64,000 nt of DNA from Gammaproteobacteria bacterium (GTDB lineage: Bacteria > Pseudomonadota > Gammaproteobacteria > UBA6429 > Thiohalophilaceae). The stretch spans positions 34,361 through 98,360 of the forward strand of contig JAJRYG010000070.1 of assembly GCA_024275915.1 (NCBI GenBank), read 5' to 3'. Made by a program: the position numbers and the translations under genes. Positions 1 to 9,078 of the stretch are shown here, in pieces; position 1 is the first letter of the stretch; each line of letters opens with the position of its first letter. The notes under the pieces were generated by a model. It did not search any database. It saw nothing but the letters and a program-made list of their open reading frames with translations, and was not told the DNA's origin.

Positions 1-38
1 TCCGGCAAGTCAACATTCAACCCAAACACGGAGCCACC

Positions 39-2315
39 ATGACCCTCAGCCACAACCTCGGATTCCCCCGCATCGGCCACAAGCGGGAACTCAAGCACGC
101 CGTCGAAGCCTACTGGAAAGGCGAGATCGATCAGGCCACCCTGCAATCCCGGGGCCGGGCCCTGCGCCAGCAGTACTGGCAGCGCCAGGCCGAGTCGGGC
201 CTGGATCTGATCCCGGTGGGGGATTTTTCCTGGTACGACCAGGTGCTGGATCTGTCCTGCTTGCTGGGCGTGGTGCCCGAGCGTTTCGGCCACGGCGGCG
301 GCCCGGTGGATCTGGACACGGCCTTTCGCATGGCCCGGGGCCGCGCCCCCAGCGGCCAGCCCGCCGCCGCCTGCGAGATGACCAAGTGGTTCGACACCAA
401 CTACCACTACATCGTGCCCGAATTCGTGCCGGGGCAGCGCTTTGTCCTGAGCAGCGAGGCGCTGTTCAAACAGGTACACGAGGCCCAGACAGCCGGCCAC
501 CGGGTCAAGCCGGTGCTGCTCGGTCCCCTCTCCTACCTGTGGCTGGGCAAGACCTGGCAGCAGGACTTCGACAAGCTGAGCCTGCTCGATAGCCTGCTGG
601 CCGCCTATGGCGAGATTCTGCAGCGGCTTGCGGCGCAGGGTGTGGAATGGGTACAGCTGGACGAGCCCATCCTGGTGCTGGATCTGCCCGCCGACTGGCA
701 GGTGGCCTTCGAATCGGCCTACAGCCGCCTTAACGTGCCCGGCCTCAAGTGCCTGCTGGCCACCTACTTCGGTCCCCTGGGCGACAATCTGCACCTGACC
801 TGCCGGTTGCCCGTGGATGGTCTGCATGTGGACGCGGTGCGTGGTGCCGACGAGCTGGACACGGTGCTGGATCAGCTGCCGGGCTACAAGATTCTCTCCA
901 TCGGCCTGATCGATGGCCGCAACATCTGGCGCAACGATCTGGCCCGCAGCCTGACCCTGCTAGAACGGGCCAGGACCCGTCTGGGCGAGCGCCTGTGGCT
1001 GGCACCGTCCTGCTCCCTGCTACACTGCCCCGTTAGCCTGCGCGTGGAAACGGAGATGGACACCGAGCTGAAAGGCTGGATGGCCTTTGCCGAGGAGAAG
1101 CTGGACGAGCTGCGAGTGCTGAAAACCGCCCTGGACGAGGGCCGCGATGCCGTGCAGGCACAGCTCGATGCCGCTGCCAGTGCCCTGCTGAAGCGCCAGC
1201 AACGCCATCCCGTGGCTGCCCCGCAGGAGGACGGCGTTCGCCCCACCGTCGCGCGCCAGACTCCCTTTGCCCAACGCAAGTCCCTGCAACAGGCGCGCCT
1301 GCAACTGCCCCTGCTGCCCACCACCACAATCGGCTCCTTCCCCCAGACCGCGGAAATCCGCCAGATCCGCGCCCGTTTCCGAAAGGGCCAGATCAGCCGG
1401 CCCATCTACGTGGAAAAGATGCAAAAACAGATCGCCGAGGTGATCCGTCGCCAGGAGGAAATCGGCCTGGACGTGCTGGTACACGGCGAAGCCGAGCGCA
1501 ACGACATGGTGGAATACTTCGGCGAACAGCTCCAGGGCTTTGTCTTCAGCGAAAATGGCTGGGTACAGTCCTACGGCTCGCGCTGCGTCAAGCCGCCCAT
1601 CATCTACGGTGATGTGAGCCGTCCCCGGCCCATGACCGTGGACTGGATCTGCCATGCCCAGTCACTCACCGAGCGGCCGGTCAAGGGCATGCTCACGGGG
1701 CCGGTGACCATTCTCAACTGGTCCTTCGTGCGCGACGACCAGCCCCGTGCCCGTACCTGCGAACAGATTGCCCTGGCCCTGCGCGAGGAAGTGCTGGACC
1801 TGGAAAGGGCCGGCATCGCCATCATCCAGATCGACGAGGCGGCCCTGCGCGAGGGCCTGCCCCTGCGCAAGGGAGACTGGCAACACTACCTTGACTGGAG
1901 CATTCGCGCCTTTCGTCTCACCGCCAGCGGTGTGCGAGACGACACCCAGATCCACACCCACATGTGCTACTCGGAGTTCAACGACATCCTGCCGGCCATC
2001 GCGCAGATGGACGCCGACGTGATCACCATCGAGACTTCCCGCTCGCAGATGGAACTGCTGGACGCCTTCGAGGACTTCGATTATCCCAACGATATCGGCC
2101 CCGGCGTCTACGACATCCACTCGCCCAACGTGCCCAGCGTGGAACAGATCGTCCGGCTCATGACGCAGGCCAGCCAGCGCATTCCCGTGGCCCAGCTGTG
2201 GATCAACCCCGACTGTGGCCTCAAGACCCGCGGCTGGCCCGAGGTGACCGAGGCACTGAAGCACATGGTGGAAGCCGCGAGGATCCTGCGGGCCGGGGCG
2301 GTGGTGGCGGCATAG
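39..2315 (+). CDS. metE: cobalamin-independent methionine synthase (5-methyltetrahydropteroyltriglutamate--homocysteine methyltransferase)
   Basis: 758-aa ORF with GGAG 6 nt before the ATG. Full-length MetE-like sequence including the zinc-site motifs [10 protein letters not shown] and NPDCGLKTR. Confidence 0.95.
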   Translation: MTLSHNLGFPRIGHKRELKHAVEAYWKGEIDQATLQSRGRALRQQYWQRQAESGLDLIPVGDFSWYDQVLDLSCLLGVVPERFGHGGGPVDLDTAFRMARGRAPSGQPAAACEMTKWFDTNYHYIVPEFVPGQRFVLSSEALFKQVHEAQTAGHRVKPVLLGPLSYLWLGKTWQQDFDKLSLLDSLLAAYGEILQRLAAQGVEWVQLDEPILVLDLPADWQVAFESAYSRLNVPGLKCLLATYFGPLGDNLHLTCRLPVDGLHVDAVRGADELDTVLDQLPGYKILSIGLIDGRNIWRNDLARSLTLLERARTRLGERLWLAPSCSLLHCPVSLRVETEMDTELKGWMAFAEEKLDELRVLKTALDEGRDAVQAQLDAAASALLKRQQRHPVAAPQEDGVRPTVARQTPFAQRKSLQQARLQLPLLPTTTIGSFPQTAEIRQIRARFRKGQISRPIYVEKMQKQIAEVIRRQEEIGLDVLVHGEAERNDMVEYFGEQLQGFVFSENGWVQSYGSRCVKPPIIYGDVSRPRPMTVDWICHAQSLTERPVKGMLTGPVTILNWSFVRDDQPRARTCEQIALALREEVLDLERAGIAIIQIDEAALREGLPLRKGDWQHYLDWSIRAFRLTASGVRDDTQIHTHMCYSEFNDILPAIAQMDADVITIETSRSQMELLDAFEDFDYPNDIGPGVYDIHSPNVPSVEQIVRLMTQASQRIPVAQLWINPDCGLKTRGWPEVTEALKHMVEAARILRAGAVVAA

Positions 2316-2382
2316 AATAAGCACCGCGCATGGCGCTGCCGCGACCTTCCTGGTGCAATGCCCTGCGGTTATTGCACCCTAC
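2316..2382. repeat. REP-like palindromic element, family A (left end truncated)
   Basis: AATAAGCACCGCGCATGGCGCTGCCGCGACC...GGTTATTGCACCCTAC. Core and right end match the copies at 2464, 10161 and 43202. Confidence 0.8.
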
Positions 2383-2463
2383 CCCCGCGTGTTCCCGACC
2401 GTGTTACCGGCGAGACGCCGGCGCTGCCGTTGGCGATTTACAGGCAAGTAAGGTGCGCAAACC

Positions 2464-2536
2464 GTAGGGTGCAATAAGCAACGCGCATGGCACCGCCGCG
2501 ACCTCCACGGTGCAAGGCCCTTCGGTTATTGCATCC
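2464..2536. repeat. REP-like palindromic element, family A (full unit)
   Basis: GTAGGGTGCAATAAGC...CACCGCCGCGACCTCCACGGTGCAAGGCCCTTCGGTTATTGCATCC. About 73 bp with ~14-nt terminal inverted repeats. Confidence 0.85.
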
Positions 2537-2598
2537 TGATCTAACCCCGGACGCAGGATGCAGCTGAGCACGGCGAAGCGCATCGACTGTTCCCGGGA

Positions 2599-3147
2599 TC
2601 AGGTTCCGGCCAACTTCCAGTTCTGTGGCCGGATCGTCAGGCTGTGGTCGTCGCTGCTCAACAGCACCTCGCTGTCCTGGATGGTGCACTGGATTTGCAT
2701 GTTGCGCGTGGCCAGGCCGGTGAGGGCATCGACGGCGCTGTCGTCGATGTTGACCACCGTGAGGTTGTCGTAGCGCTGCAGGGCATCGGCCTGCTGCTGC
2801 CACCAGACCCTGGCGCTGCGTGACTGGAAGGTGCAGATCAGCACCTGCCTGGCCCGGCCGCAGGCCTTGCGGATGCGTTTTTCTTCGGGCTGACCAAGCT
2901 CGATCCACAACTCGATTTCGTCGCTCAGGCTCCTTTGCCACAAATCCGGCTCGTCGTCGGTACTCAGGCCGCGGGTGAATTCAAGTCGCGTATCGGCATG
3001 CAGGGCAAAGCACAGCAGCCGCACCATCATGCGGGCATCGGTTTCCGAGGGGTGGCGAGCTAGGGTGAGAGTGAAATCGCCATAGACCTGACGGTCCATG
3101 TCGGCGACGTTCAGCTCGGCCTTGAAGATGGTGGATTTGAGTGCCAT
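2599..3147 (-). CDS. yaeQ: YaeQ family protein
   Basis: 182-aa ORF. N-terminus MALKSTIFKAELNVADMDRQVY..LARHPSETD..MVRLL.FAL is typical of YaeQ, and it sits next to arfB as in many proteobacteria. Confidence 0.85.
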   Translation of the reverse strand: MALKSTIFKAELNVADMDRQVYGDFTLTLARHPSETDARMMVRLLCFALHADTRLEFTRGLSTDDEPDLWQRSLSDEIELWIELGQPEEKRIRKACGRARQVLICTFQSRSARVWWQQQADALQRYDNLTVVNIDDSAVDALTGLATRNMQIQCTIQDSEVLLSSDDHSLTIRPQNWKLAGT

Positions 3148-3159
3148 GGGGTTCCCGAT

Positions 3160-3570
3160 TCAGATGATCTTGCGCCGCAGATCCTTCTTGCGGCTGTGCT
3201 TGTTCTTGCTGTCCAGGCGTTTTCGCTGTGAACTGCGCGATGGCTTGGTGGGCTTGCGTTTTTTCTGCATGACCACGGCCTGACGGATGATGATTTTCAG
3301 GCGTTCGAGCGCCACTTCCCGGTTCTTTTCCTGGCTGCGGTATTGCTGGGACTTGATGACCAGCACCCCGTCCTGATTGAGGCGTTGATCCTTCAGTGCC
3401 AGCAGGCGCTGCTTGTAGAACTCGGGCAGGGACGAGGCACGCACATCGAAGCGCAGGTGAATGGCCGTGGAGACCTTGTTGACTTTCTGTCCTCCCGAAC
3501 CCTGCGCACGGATTGCCGACAGCACGATCTCGCTGTCGGGAATGCTAACCTGGTTGGAAATGACGAGCAC
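3160..3570 (-). CDS. arfB: alternative ribosome-rescue factor ArfB (peptidyl-tRNA hydrolase, YaeJ)
   Basis: 136 aa with the GGQ motif (AQGSGGQKVNK) and a basic C-terminal tail. Collinear with E. coli YaeJ. Confidence 0.92.
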   Translation of the reverse strand: MLVISNQVSIPDSEIVLSAIRAQGSGGQKVNKVSTAIHLRFDVRASSLPEFYKQRLLALKDQRLNQDGVLVIKSQQYRSQEKNREVALERLKIIIRQAVVMQKKRKPTKPSRSSQRKRLDSKNKHSRKKDLRRKII

Positions 3571-3689
3571 GGCGGGTAAACCTGGAAACAGTGGAAAACG
3601 GGGATCTTACCACCTTTCAGGCTGCTGACGAGTATCCCGGGGTATTCACCAGGCCCCGGCAACCCTGCTGCAGAGCTGCGGCTCTGTCG

Positions 3690-4634
3690 TCACTCCTGCT
3701 TGCTGGGCATGACTTCACGTACCGCCCAGTCGGCGAATTCACGCCGTGTACAACTGTCGGATCCGTGCAGGCCCTGGCCTTCCACCACCTTGTAGATCAC
3801 CATGTCCTGATCGGGATCGTCTGACACGGCCTCGTCGATGACCTGACGTACCGACCACTCGGCGCCATGCCGGCCATTGGTGTAATAGGCACCAACGCGG
3901 ATCTGCCGGCTGTCCAGCCGTTGCCGGTCGGCATGTTCCAGGGTCAGGGCGAACAGACGTTGAATGTCTTCGGTGGTCAGATCCACCACCAGATCCATGT
4001 CACTCAAGGCCTGCTGAATATGTTTCTTGTCGATCAAATGACTGAGACTGGAGGGTTTGGCCTGGGGGCGTTCGGTAAAGCGCATCATGCTGGCCGGGTA
4101 GCGGCGCCAGGGAAACAGGTTGTTGAAGACGAAGGCGACGGCGAAGATGATCAGCGTGTTGATGAGAATGGGAGTGAGAATGTATTCATAACCCAGCGCA
4201 TGGATGGCCGGTCCACCGATGACCGCCGCCAGCGCGGTGGCCCCACCGGGAGGATGGATGCAGTAGAGAAGATGCATGGCGCCGATGGCCAGACCGACGG
4301 CCAGGCCGGCGGCCAGAAACGGATCGGGCACCAGCAGGTAACAGCTTACCCCCACGAAGGCGGAGATCAGGTGCCCGCCGAACAGGGCCCAGGGCTGGGA
4401 CAGCTTGCCGTGAGGCACGGCAAACAGCAGCACCGCCGAGGCACCCATGGAGGGCACGATCAGTGTCGCACCGGTGATGCCGGTGAGCTTGTAGGTAACA
4501 AAGGCAATGAGAAAAATCGCCAGCACCCCACCCACGGTGGAAACCAGCTTTTCCGCATGACTGACGCTATCGGTTTCGATACCCCAGAATTTCTTGATGT
4601 TTTGCCAGATGCTTGATTCAACCGTTGCCGTCAT
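3690..4634 (-). CDS. HPP family membrane protein with C-terminal soluble extension
   Basis: HPP motif (CIHPPGGATALA) and several TM segments. I chose the ATG at 4634 (AGGGGGA RBS); the longer ORF to 4673 would overlap ychJ. Confidence 0.75.
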   Translation of the reverse strand: MTATVESSIWQNIKKFWGIETDSVSHAEKLVSTVGGVLAIFLIAFVTYKLTGITGATLIVPSMGASAVLLFAVPHGKLSQPWALFGGHLISAFVGVSCYLLVPDPFLAAGLAVGLAIGAMHLLYCIHPPGGATALAAVIGGPAIHALGYEYILTPILINTLIIFAVAFVFNNLFPWRRYPASMMRFTERPQAKPSSLSHLIDKKHIQQALSDMDLVVDLTTEDIQRLFALTLEHADRQRLDSRQIRVGAYYTNGRHGAEWSVRQVIDEAVSDDPDQDMVIYKVVEGQGLHGSDSCTRREFADWAVREVMPSKQE

Positions 4635-4660
4635 GGTTCCCCCTGGGATTGTTCTGCTGC

Positions 4661-5146
4661 TTATCGACCACAACAGCGTTTGTATTTCCTGCCACTGCCA
4701 CAGGGGCAGGCAGCATTGCGGCTAATTTTGCTCATGATTGTTTCAGATGGGTGGAGCAGGCCGTTCACATAGTACCACTTGTCTGCCTCGCGGATGAAAC
4801 GGCTGGTCTCATGCAGAGACTTCAGCCGGCCGGCCTGCTGGTAGCGAGCAATGAATTCGACGCTTCCCTGCTCATCCGTGGCTCTTCCCGCCGTGGTGGC
4901 AAGAACTTGCAGTTCCAGCCAGGTGGAACCATCGGCAAGCGATGCCGAGAGATCGAGCCGCGGTGGCCGTGTGGAGGGATGCCAGGTCTGCAGCAGCCAG
5001 GTGATATCGGCCAGCACGTAGGCCGTATAACGGGAACGCATCAGGCTTTCGGCATCGGGAACCGGCCGGGTCTGTTGAATATAAGGATGACAGCAACGGG
5101 CCAGGGGGCGACCACGACCACAGGGACAGGCATTCACCGCTTTCAT
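4661..5146 (-). CDS. ychJ: YchJ family protein (UPF0225, SEC-C motifs)
   Basis: 161 aa. It has an N-terminal CPCG..CC and a C-terminal CPCGSGRKYKRCCG SEC-C motif, and the central LMRSRY..W.P region resembles E. coli YchJ. Confidence 0.88.
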   Translation of the reverse strand: MKAVNACPCGRGRPLARCCHPYIQQTRPVPDAESLMRSRYTAYVLADITWLLQTWHPSTRPPRLDLSASLADGSTWLELQVLATTAGRATDEQGSVEFIARYQQAGRLKSLHETSRFIREADKWYYVNGLLHPSETIMSKISRNAACPCGSGRKYKRCCGR

Positions 5147-5186
5147 GTCGTGACGTGCGTACAGGTTGGGGAAGCGGGTCGCCGCA

Positions 5187-5723
5187 TCAGGCCCGGGAAA
5201 TGAACTTCCCAGTGGTGGTATTGACCTTGATGGCCGTGCCCGGCTCCAGGTATTCAGGTACCTGCACCTCCACCCCGGTGGTCAGCGTGGCCGGTTTGGT
5301 GCGACCGGTGGCCGTGGCCCCCTTGATGCCCGGCGTGGTGTCGATGATGGTGAGGGTGACCGACTGGGGCAGCTCGACAGCAACAATGTTGCCATCCACC
5401 AGCAGGGCGATGATGCCTTCCTGGCCTTCGACCAGAAAATCCAGCTGGCCTTCGAGATCGGCACTGTTGAGGCTGTACTGGCTGTAATCGTCCAGATTCA
5501 TGAAGGTATGGTTGTCACCGTCCTTGTAGGAATACTGTACCTGGGTACGCAGGCAGTCTGCTTCCTTGAGGAAATCATCACCCTTGCAGGATTCATCGAG
5601 CTTCTGACCCGTCTGCAGGTTGGTGAAGCGGATCTTGTAGAGCGTCGATGCGCCACGCGAAGACGGGCTCCTAGCTTCCAGTTGCTTGACCACATGGGGC
5701 ATACCGTTGATCTCGACGACCAT
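5187..5723 (-). CDS. efpL: elongation factor P-like protein EfpL/YeiP (N-terminus uncertain, possible frameshift)
   Basis: 178 aa from the ATG at 5723, collinear with E. coli YeiP (KGMVV..SPS.RGA.TLYK.RF..TG.K). The expected first 9 residues MPKASELKR are encoded from GTG 5752 in a different frame. Confidence 0.85.
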   Translation of the reverse strand: MVVEINGMPHVVKQLEARSPSSRGASTLYKIRFTNLQTGQKLDESCKGDDFLKEADCLRTQVQYSYKDGDNHTFMNLDDYSQYSLNSADLEGQLDFLVEGQEGIIALLVDGNIVAVELPQSVTLTIIDTTPGIKGATATGRTKPATLTTGVEVQVPEYLEPGTAIKVNTTTGKFISRA

Positions 5724-5837
5724 TCCCTTTTCAGTTCGCTGGCTTTTGGCACCTTGGCTTTCCTCGTGATGGCTCGAATTAGAGTCGGACTGCCGGCAAT
5801 GATAAACTACCCGGGCAACCGAGAACAGGAACCTGAC

Positions 5838-6194
5838 ATGACACCGGAACAATTCATCGACCAGCTTTGCCAGCAACCTGACCAGGTCGAGTTCGAACAG
5901 ACCATGGCACTGATCGAGGCACATTTCGACTACCGGCCGGTACGGTTTACCAACGGGCTGGGTGAAGACCCGGTAGTCAACGAGGCCGGCAGCAACGAGG
6001 GCTCGTGCAAGCTGTTCGCCTTTGCCCGTCTGGCCGGCCTCACCGAGGAACAGACCCTGGCCTGCTTCGGCAAGTACTACCGTGAAGACGTATTGGCGCA
6101 TCCGCACGGCAACGATCACGCCAACATCCGCCGCTTCATGCGCGACGGCTGGGCGGGCATCCACTTCGAGCAGCCTGCCCTGCAGCAAAAGTAG
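5838..6194 (+). CDS. HopJ type III effector family protein
   Basis: 118 aa from the ATG at 5838. NEAGSNEGSCKLFAFA...YYREDVL..P.G.DH.NIR.F...GW.GI.F is characteristic of the HopJ/HopPmaJ family. The upstream part of the 342-aa ORF is antisense to efpL. Confidence 0.8.
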   Translation: MTPEQFIDQLCQQPDQVEFEQTMALIEAHFDYRPVRFTNGLGEDPVVNEAGSNEGSCKLFAFARLAGLTEEQTLACFGKYYREDVLAHPHGNDHANIRRFMRDGWAGIHFEQPALQQK

Positions 6195-6267
6195 CCCTGT
6201 AAACCCGCATTACAATCAACAACTTAACAAACAGTCGCAGCACATGAGGCAGGCCATGGCGCGGCGT

Positions 6268-6296
6268 TTTCCAGCCGTGGCCACACCTGATATAAT
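6268..6296 (+). promoter_or_regulatory. sigma70-type promoter with extended -10
   Basis: TTTCCA, 17 nt spacer, then TGATATAAT (TGnTATAAT, perfect -10). It lies ~60 nt upstream of the ATG at 6356. Confidence 0.5.
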
Positions 6297-6355
6297 ATGC
6301 CCTCTGAATCTGCTCCCCTCCGGGGCAGAATCACCATCCAGCAACCTACAAGACT

Positions 6356-7102
6356 ATGTTACTCGACAAATATTATTACAGGGTCAACGGCAAGTACCTT
6401 TTCACGCGCCAGCAGGGCAGCGCCTTTGCCAAGGAAATGGCCGATGACTTCAATCCCATCCACAACGAGGATGCCAAGCGCTTCTGCGTGCCCGGCGATC
6501 TGCTGTTTGCCCTGGTGCTGGCCAACTACGGCCTCAGCCAGCACATGCGCTTCACTTTCTCCGGCATGGTGGGCGAAGGCCCCGCCCTGTCGTTCGAAGA
6601 GCACGAGGATGGCTCAAGGATCGACATCGTTGATGATAACGGCAAGAAATACCTGAGCATAGAGCGCTCCGGGGACAATGCAAATGACGAAGCCCTGATC
6701 CTCGCCCTGACCCGCAGCTATGTGGAATTTTCCGGCCACACCTTTCCACATATTCTGGTGCCGCTGATGACCGAAAAAGGCATCATGATCAATACCGACC
6801 GCCCTTTCGTGGTCTATGAAAGCATGTAAATCAATCTGCAACGTCTGGATGTGGACAACCTGCAGCTGGAGCTGACCAGCAGCGTATTCAATGTGCATGG
6901 CAAACGCGGTGACGTGCACCTGGAATTCTGCCTCAAGGCCAATGGTGAAATCATCGGCCACGGCGAGAAGAACATGGTCCTCAGCGGCCTGCGTGAATTC
7001 GACAAGCAGAAACTGGATCATCTGGTGGAAAGCTATACCCGGCGCAAGCAGGAATACACCAGTGAGTTGCACCAAGGCCATTCGACTCCCGGCCAGGTAT
7101 AG
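6356..7102 (+). pseudogene. DUF3581-like protein gene interrupted by one in-frame TAA (6827..6829)
   Basis: ORFs 6356..6829 (157 aa) and 6851..7102 are in the same frame. The read-through text ..VVYESM*INLQRLDVDNLQLELTSSVFNVHGKRGDV.. is continuous, and the combined ~248 codons match the usual length of this family (FAK..A.DFNPIH..D.KRFCVPGDLLF motif). Confidence 0.75.
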
Positions 7103-7175
7103 AATCTCGAATCCCACCTTACTATTTCTTAACTACCCCCAACCCTTTGTTACCTACAACCACAGGATACTATCA

Positions 7176-7661
7176 ATGCAAATCGCAGATCAGAAGGTCG
7201 TGACCCTCGACTACACCCTCACCAACGAAAATGGTGATGTCCTAGACAAATCAGAAGGCGGCCAGTTTGCCTATCTGCATGGTGCGTCCAACATCATTCC
7301 CGGTCTGGAAAAGGCCCTGACCGACAAGTCCGCCGGTGACAGCCTGCAGGTCAACATACCAGCAGAAGAAGGCTATGGCGCCCGCAATGATGAAATGATC
7401 CAGGTCGTCGATCGTGACATGTTCGAGCCGGATGCCCAACTTGAAATTGGCATGCAGTTTCATGCCGAATCCCCGGACGGCCAGCCCGTTGCCATCACCA
7501 TTGCCGCCATCGATGGAGACAAAATCACCATCGACGGCAACCACCCCCTGGCGGGCATCAACCTCAACTTCGACATCAACATCCTCGAAGTACGCGAGGC
7601 CTCGGCCGAAGAAATCGAGCATGGCCACGTTCACATGCCGGGTGACCATCACCACGACTGA
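7176..7661 (+). CDS. slyD: FKBP-type peptidyl-prolyl cis-trans isomerase SlyD
   Basis: 161 aa from the ATG at 7176. Has ..VVTLDYTL....G.V.D.S...F.YLHG....IPGLE.AL, an IF-domain insert and a His-rich tail HGHVHMPGDHHHD. Confidence 0.9.
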   Translation: MQIADQKVVTLDYTLTNENGDVLDKSEGGQFAYLHGASNIIPGLEKALTDKSAGDSLQVNIPAEEGYGARNDEMIQVVDRDMFEPDAQLEIGMQFHAESPDGQPVAITIAAIDGDKITIDGNHPLAGINLNFDINILEVREASAEEIEHGHVHMPGDHHHD

Positions 7662-7936
7662 GCTGTATCGAGGGACAAGGGAGCGTCAACCCGGTTCCGG
7701 GAATACACAGCATGCGTTCCACGTCCCGGCCACGAAGTCCCCGAACCGCGAAGCCCCGGCTTCGCAAACACCACTTCGAGCCACACCCCACCCCAATGCA
7801 GAGCCGGGGCTCTGCGCGCCCGGGGGAGGCGCAGCAGCCGTGTCGGCATGAGGAGAAAGAAAGTCTTCCCTCACCACTGGCTGCACAACAGCCTGCTATA
7901 CTTTGCCTTACACCTTGATCCGCAGGCAGAGCCGAT

Positions 7937-9061
7937 ATGCACTATAAGGATGTTCTCGAACCCCTGAACAAGCAGACCAGCATCCGTGACAAGCTGGTCC
8001 ACTGCCACAAGGTCGTCCAGCAACACTGTCCTGCCATCGCCAGAATTGCCGTCACCATTTATGATCCGGCCACCACCGTACTGAAAACCTATATTCACAG
8101 CAGTGGTGAAGACAATCCTCTCTCGATTTACCAGGCTCCACTGGATGAGGCCCCTTCACTCAAGGCCATTCTCGACAAGGGGGAACCCCGGGTCATCAAC
8201 AACATGCTGACCTTCGAAAAGGTGGAGCATGAACACACCAAACGCATTGGCCGCCAGGGCTATGCGGCCAGTTATACCCTGCCGATGTTTTACAATGGCA
8301 ATTTTTTCGGTTTTATCTTTTTCAATTCCTATGAAACCGACATCTTCACCGAAAAGGTGCTCAATGAACTGGATATCTTTGCCCACCTCATTTCTCTCAT
8401 GGTCATCGATGAACTCTCGACCCTGCGTTCCCTGACCGCGGCGCTGAGCACTGCCGCCCATATCACCCACCAGCGTGATCCAGAAACCGGCAGTCACCTC
8501 GATCGCATGTCACGTTATTCTCAGCTCATCGCCCGCAAGATTGCCGGCAAGTACCAGCTGACGGATGAATACGTGGAACATATTTTCATGTTTTCACCCC
8601 TGCATGACATTGGCAAGGTGGCCATTCCGGATCGAATTCTGCTCAAGGAAGGTTCTCTCGATGAAGAAGAACGGCGCATCATGAATACCCATTCAGACAA
8701 GGGACTGGAAATCATCGACCACATGATCGCCAACTTCAACCTATCCTCCCTCCAGTATCTCGATGTCCTGCGCAACATCGCCCGTTATCATCATGAAGCC
8801 ATCAACGGAGAAGGCTACCCGGAAGGACTCGAGGCCGATGCCATCCCCCTCGAAGCCCGGATTGTCGCCACAGCGGATGTCTTTGACGCCCTGACCAGTG
8901 CCCGCCCCTACAAGAAAGCCTGGGACATCGATGCTGCCTTTGCCGAGCTGAAGGCCCTCGCCGGCATAAAACTGGATGCCGACTGTGTACAGGTCCTCAT
9001 TGACAACCATGATGAAGTGAAACAAATCATGGCCCAGTTTGCCGAAAACAGCATCGGCTGA
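7937..9061 (+). CDS. GAF domain / HD-GYP domain protein (putative c-di-GMP phosphodiesterase)
   Basis: 374 aa with HD motif (SPLHDIGKVAIPD), HHE...GEGYPEGL (GYP) and an N-terminal GAF-like region. Confidence 0.85.
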   Translation: MHYKDVLEPLNKQTSIRDKLVHCHKVVQQHCPAIARIAVTIYDPATTVLKTYIHSSGEDNPLSIYQAPLDEAPSLKAILDKGEPRVINNMLTFEKVEHEHTKRIGRQGYAASYTLPMFYNGNFFGFIFFNSYETDIFTEKVLNELDIFAHLISLMVIDELSTLRSLTAALSTAAHITHQRDPETGSHLDRMSRYSQLIARKIAGKYQLTDEYVEHIFMFSPLHDIGKVAIPDRILLKEGSLDEEERRIMNTHSDKGLEIIDHMIANFNLSSLQYLDVLRNIARYHHEAINGEGYPEGLEADAIPLEARIVATADVFDALTSARPYKKAWDIDAAFAELKALAGIKLDADCVQVLIDNHDEVKQIMAQFAENSIG

Positions 9062-9078
9062 GCCGGCTGCGGCGCCGT

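Noticed and set aside
1-38. A cobalamin riboswitch or MetR site upstream of metE.
   Set aside because: Only 38 nt of upstream sequence are inside the window, so this cannot be evaluated.
2316-2536. REP clusters and the dnaK 9-bp repeats as possible CRISPR arrays.
   Set aside because: There are no regularly spaced identical repeats with unique spacers. The units are palindromic REP-type elements or an in-frame coding microsatellite. No cas genes are present.
5166-6194. Mirror-image 342-aa (+) and 333-aa (-) ORFs covering the same 1 kb.
   Set aside because: Only the C-terminal 118 aa of the plus ORF (HopJ-like) and the C-terminal 178 aa of the minus ORF (EfpL) look like real proteins. The N-terminal extensions are antisense to the neighbouring gene.
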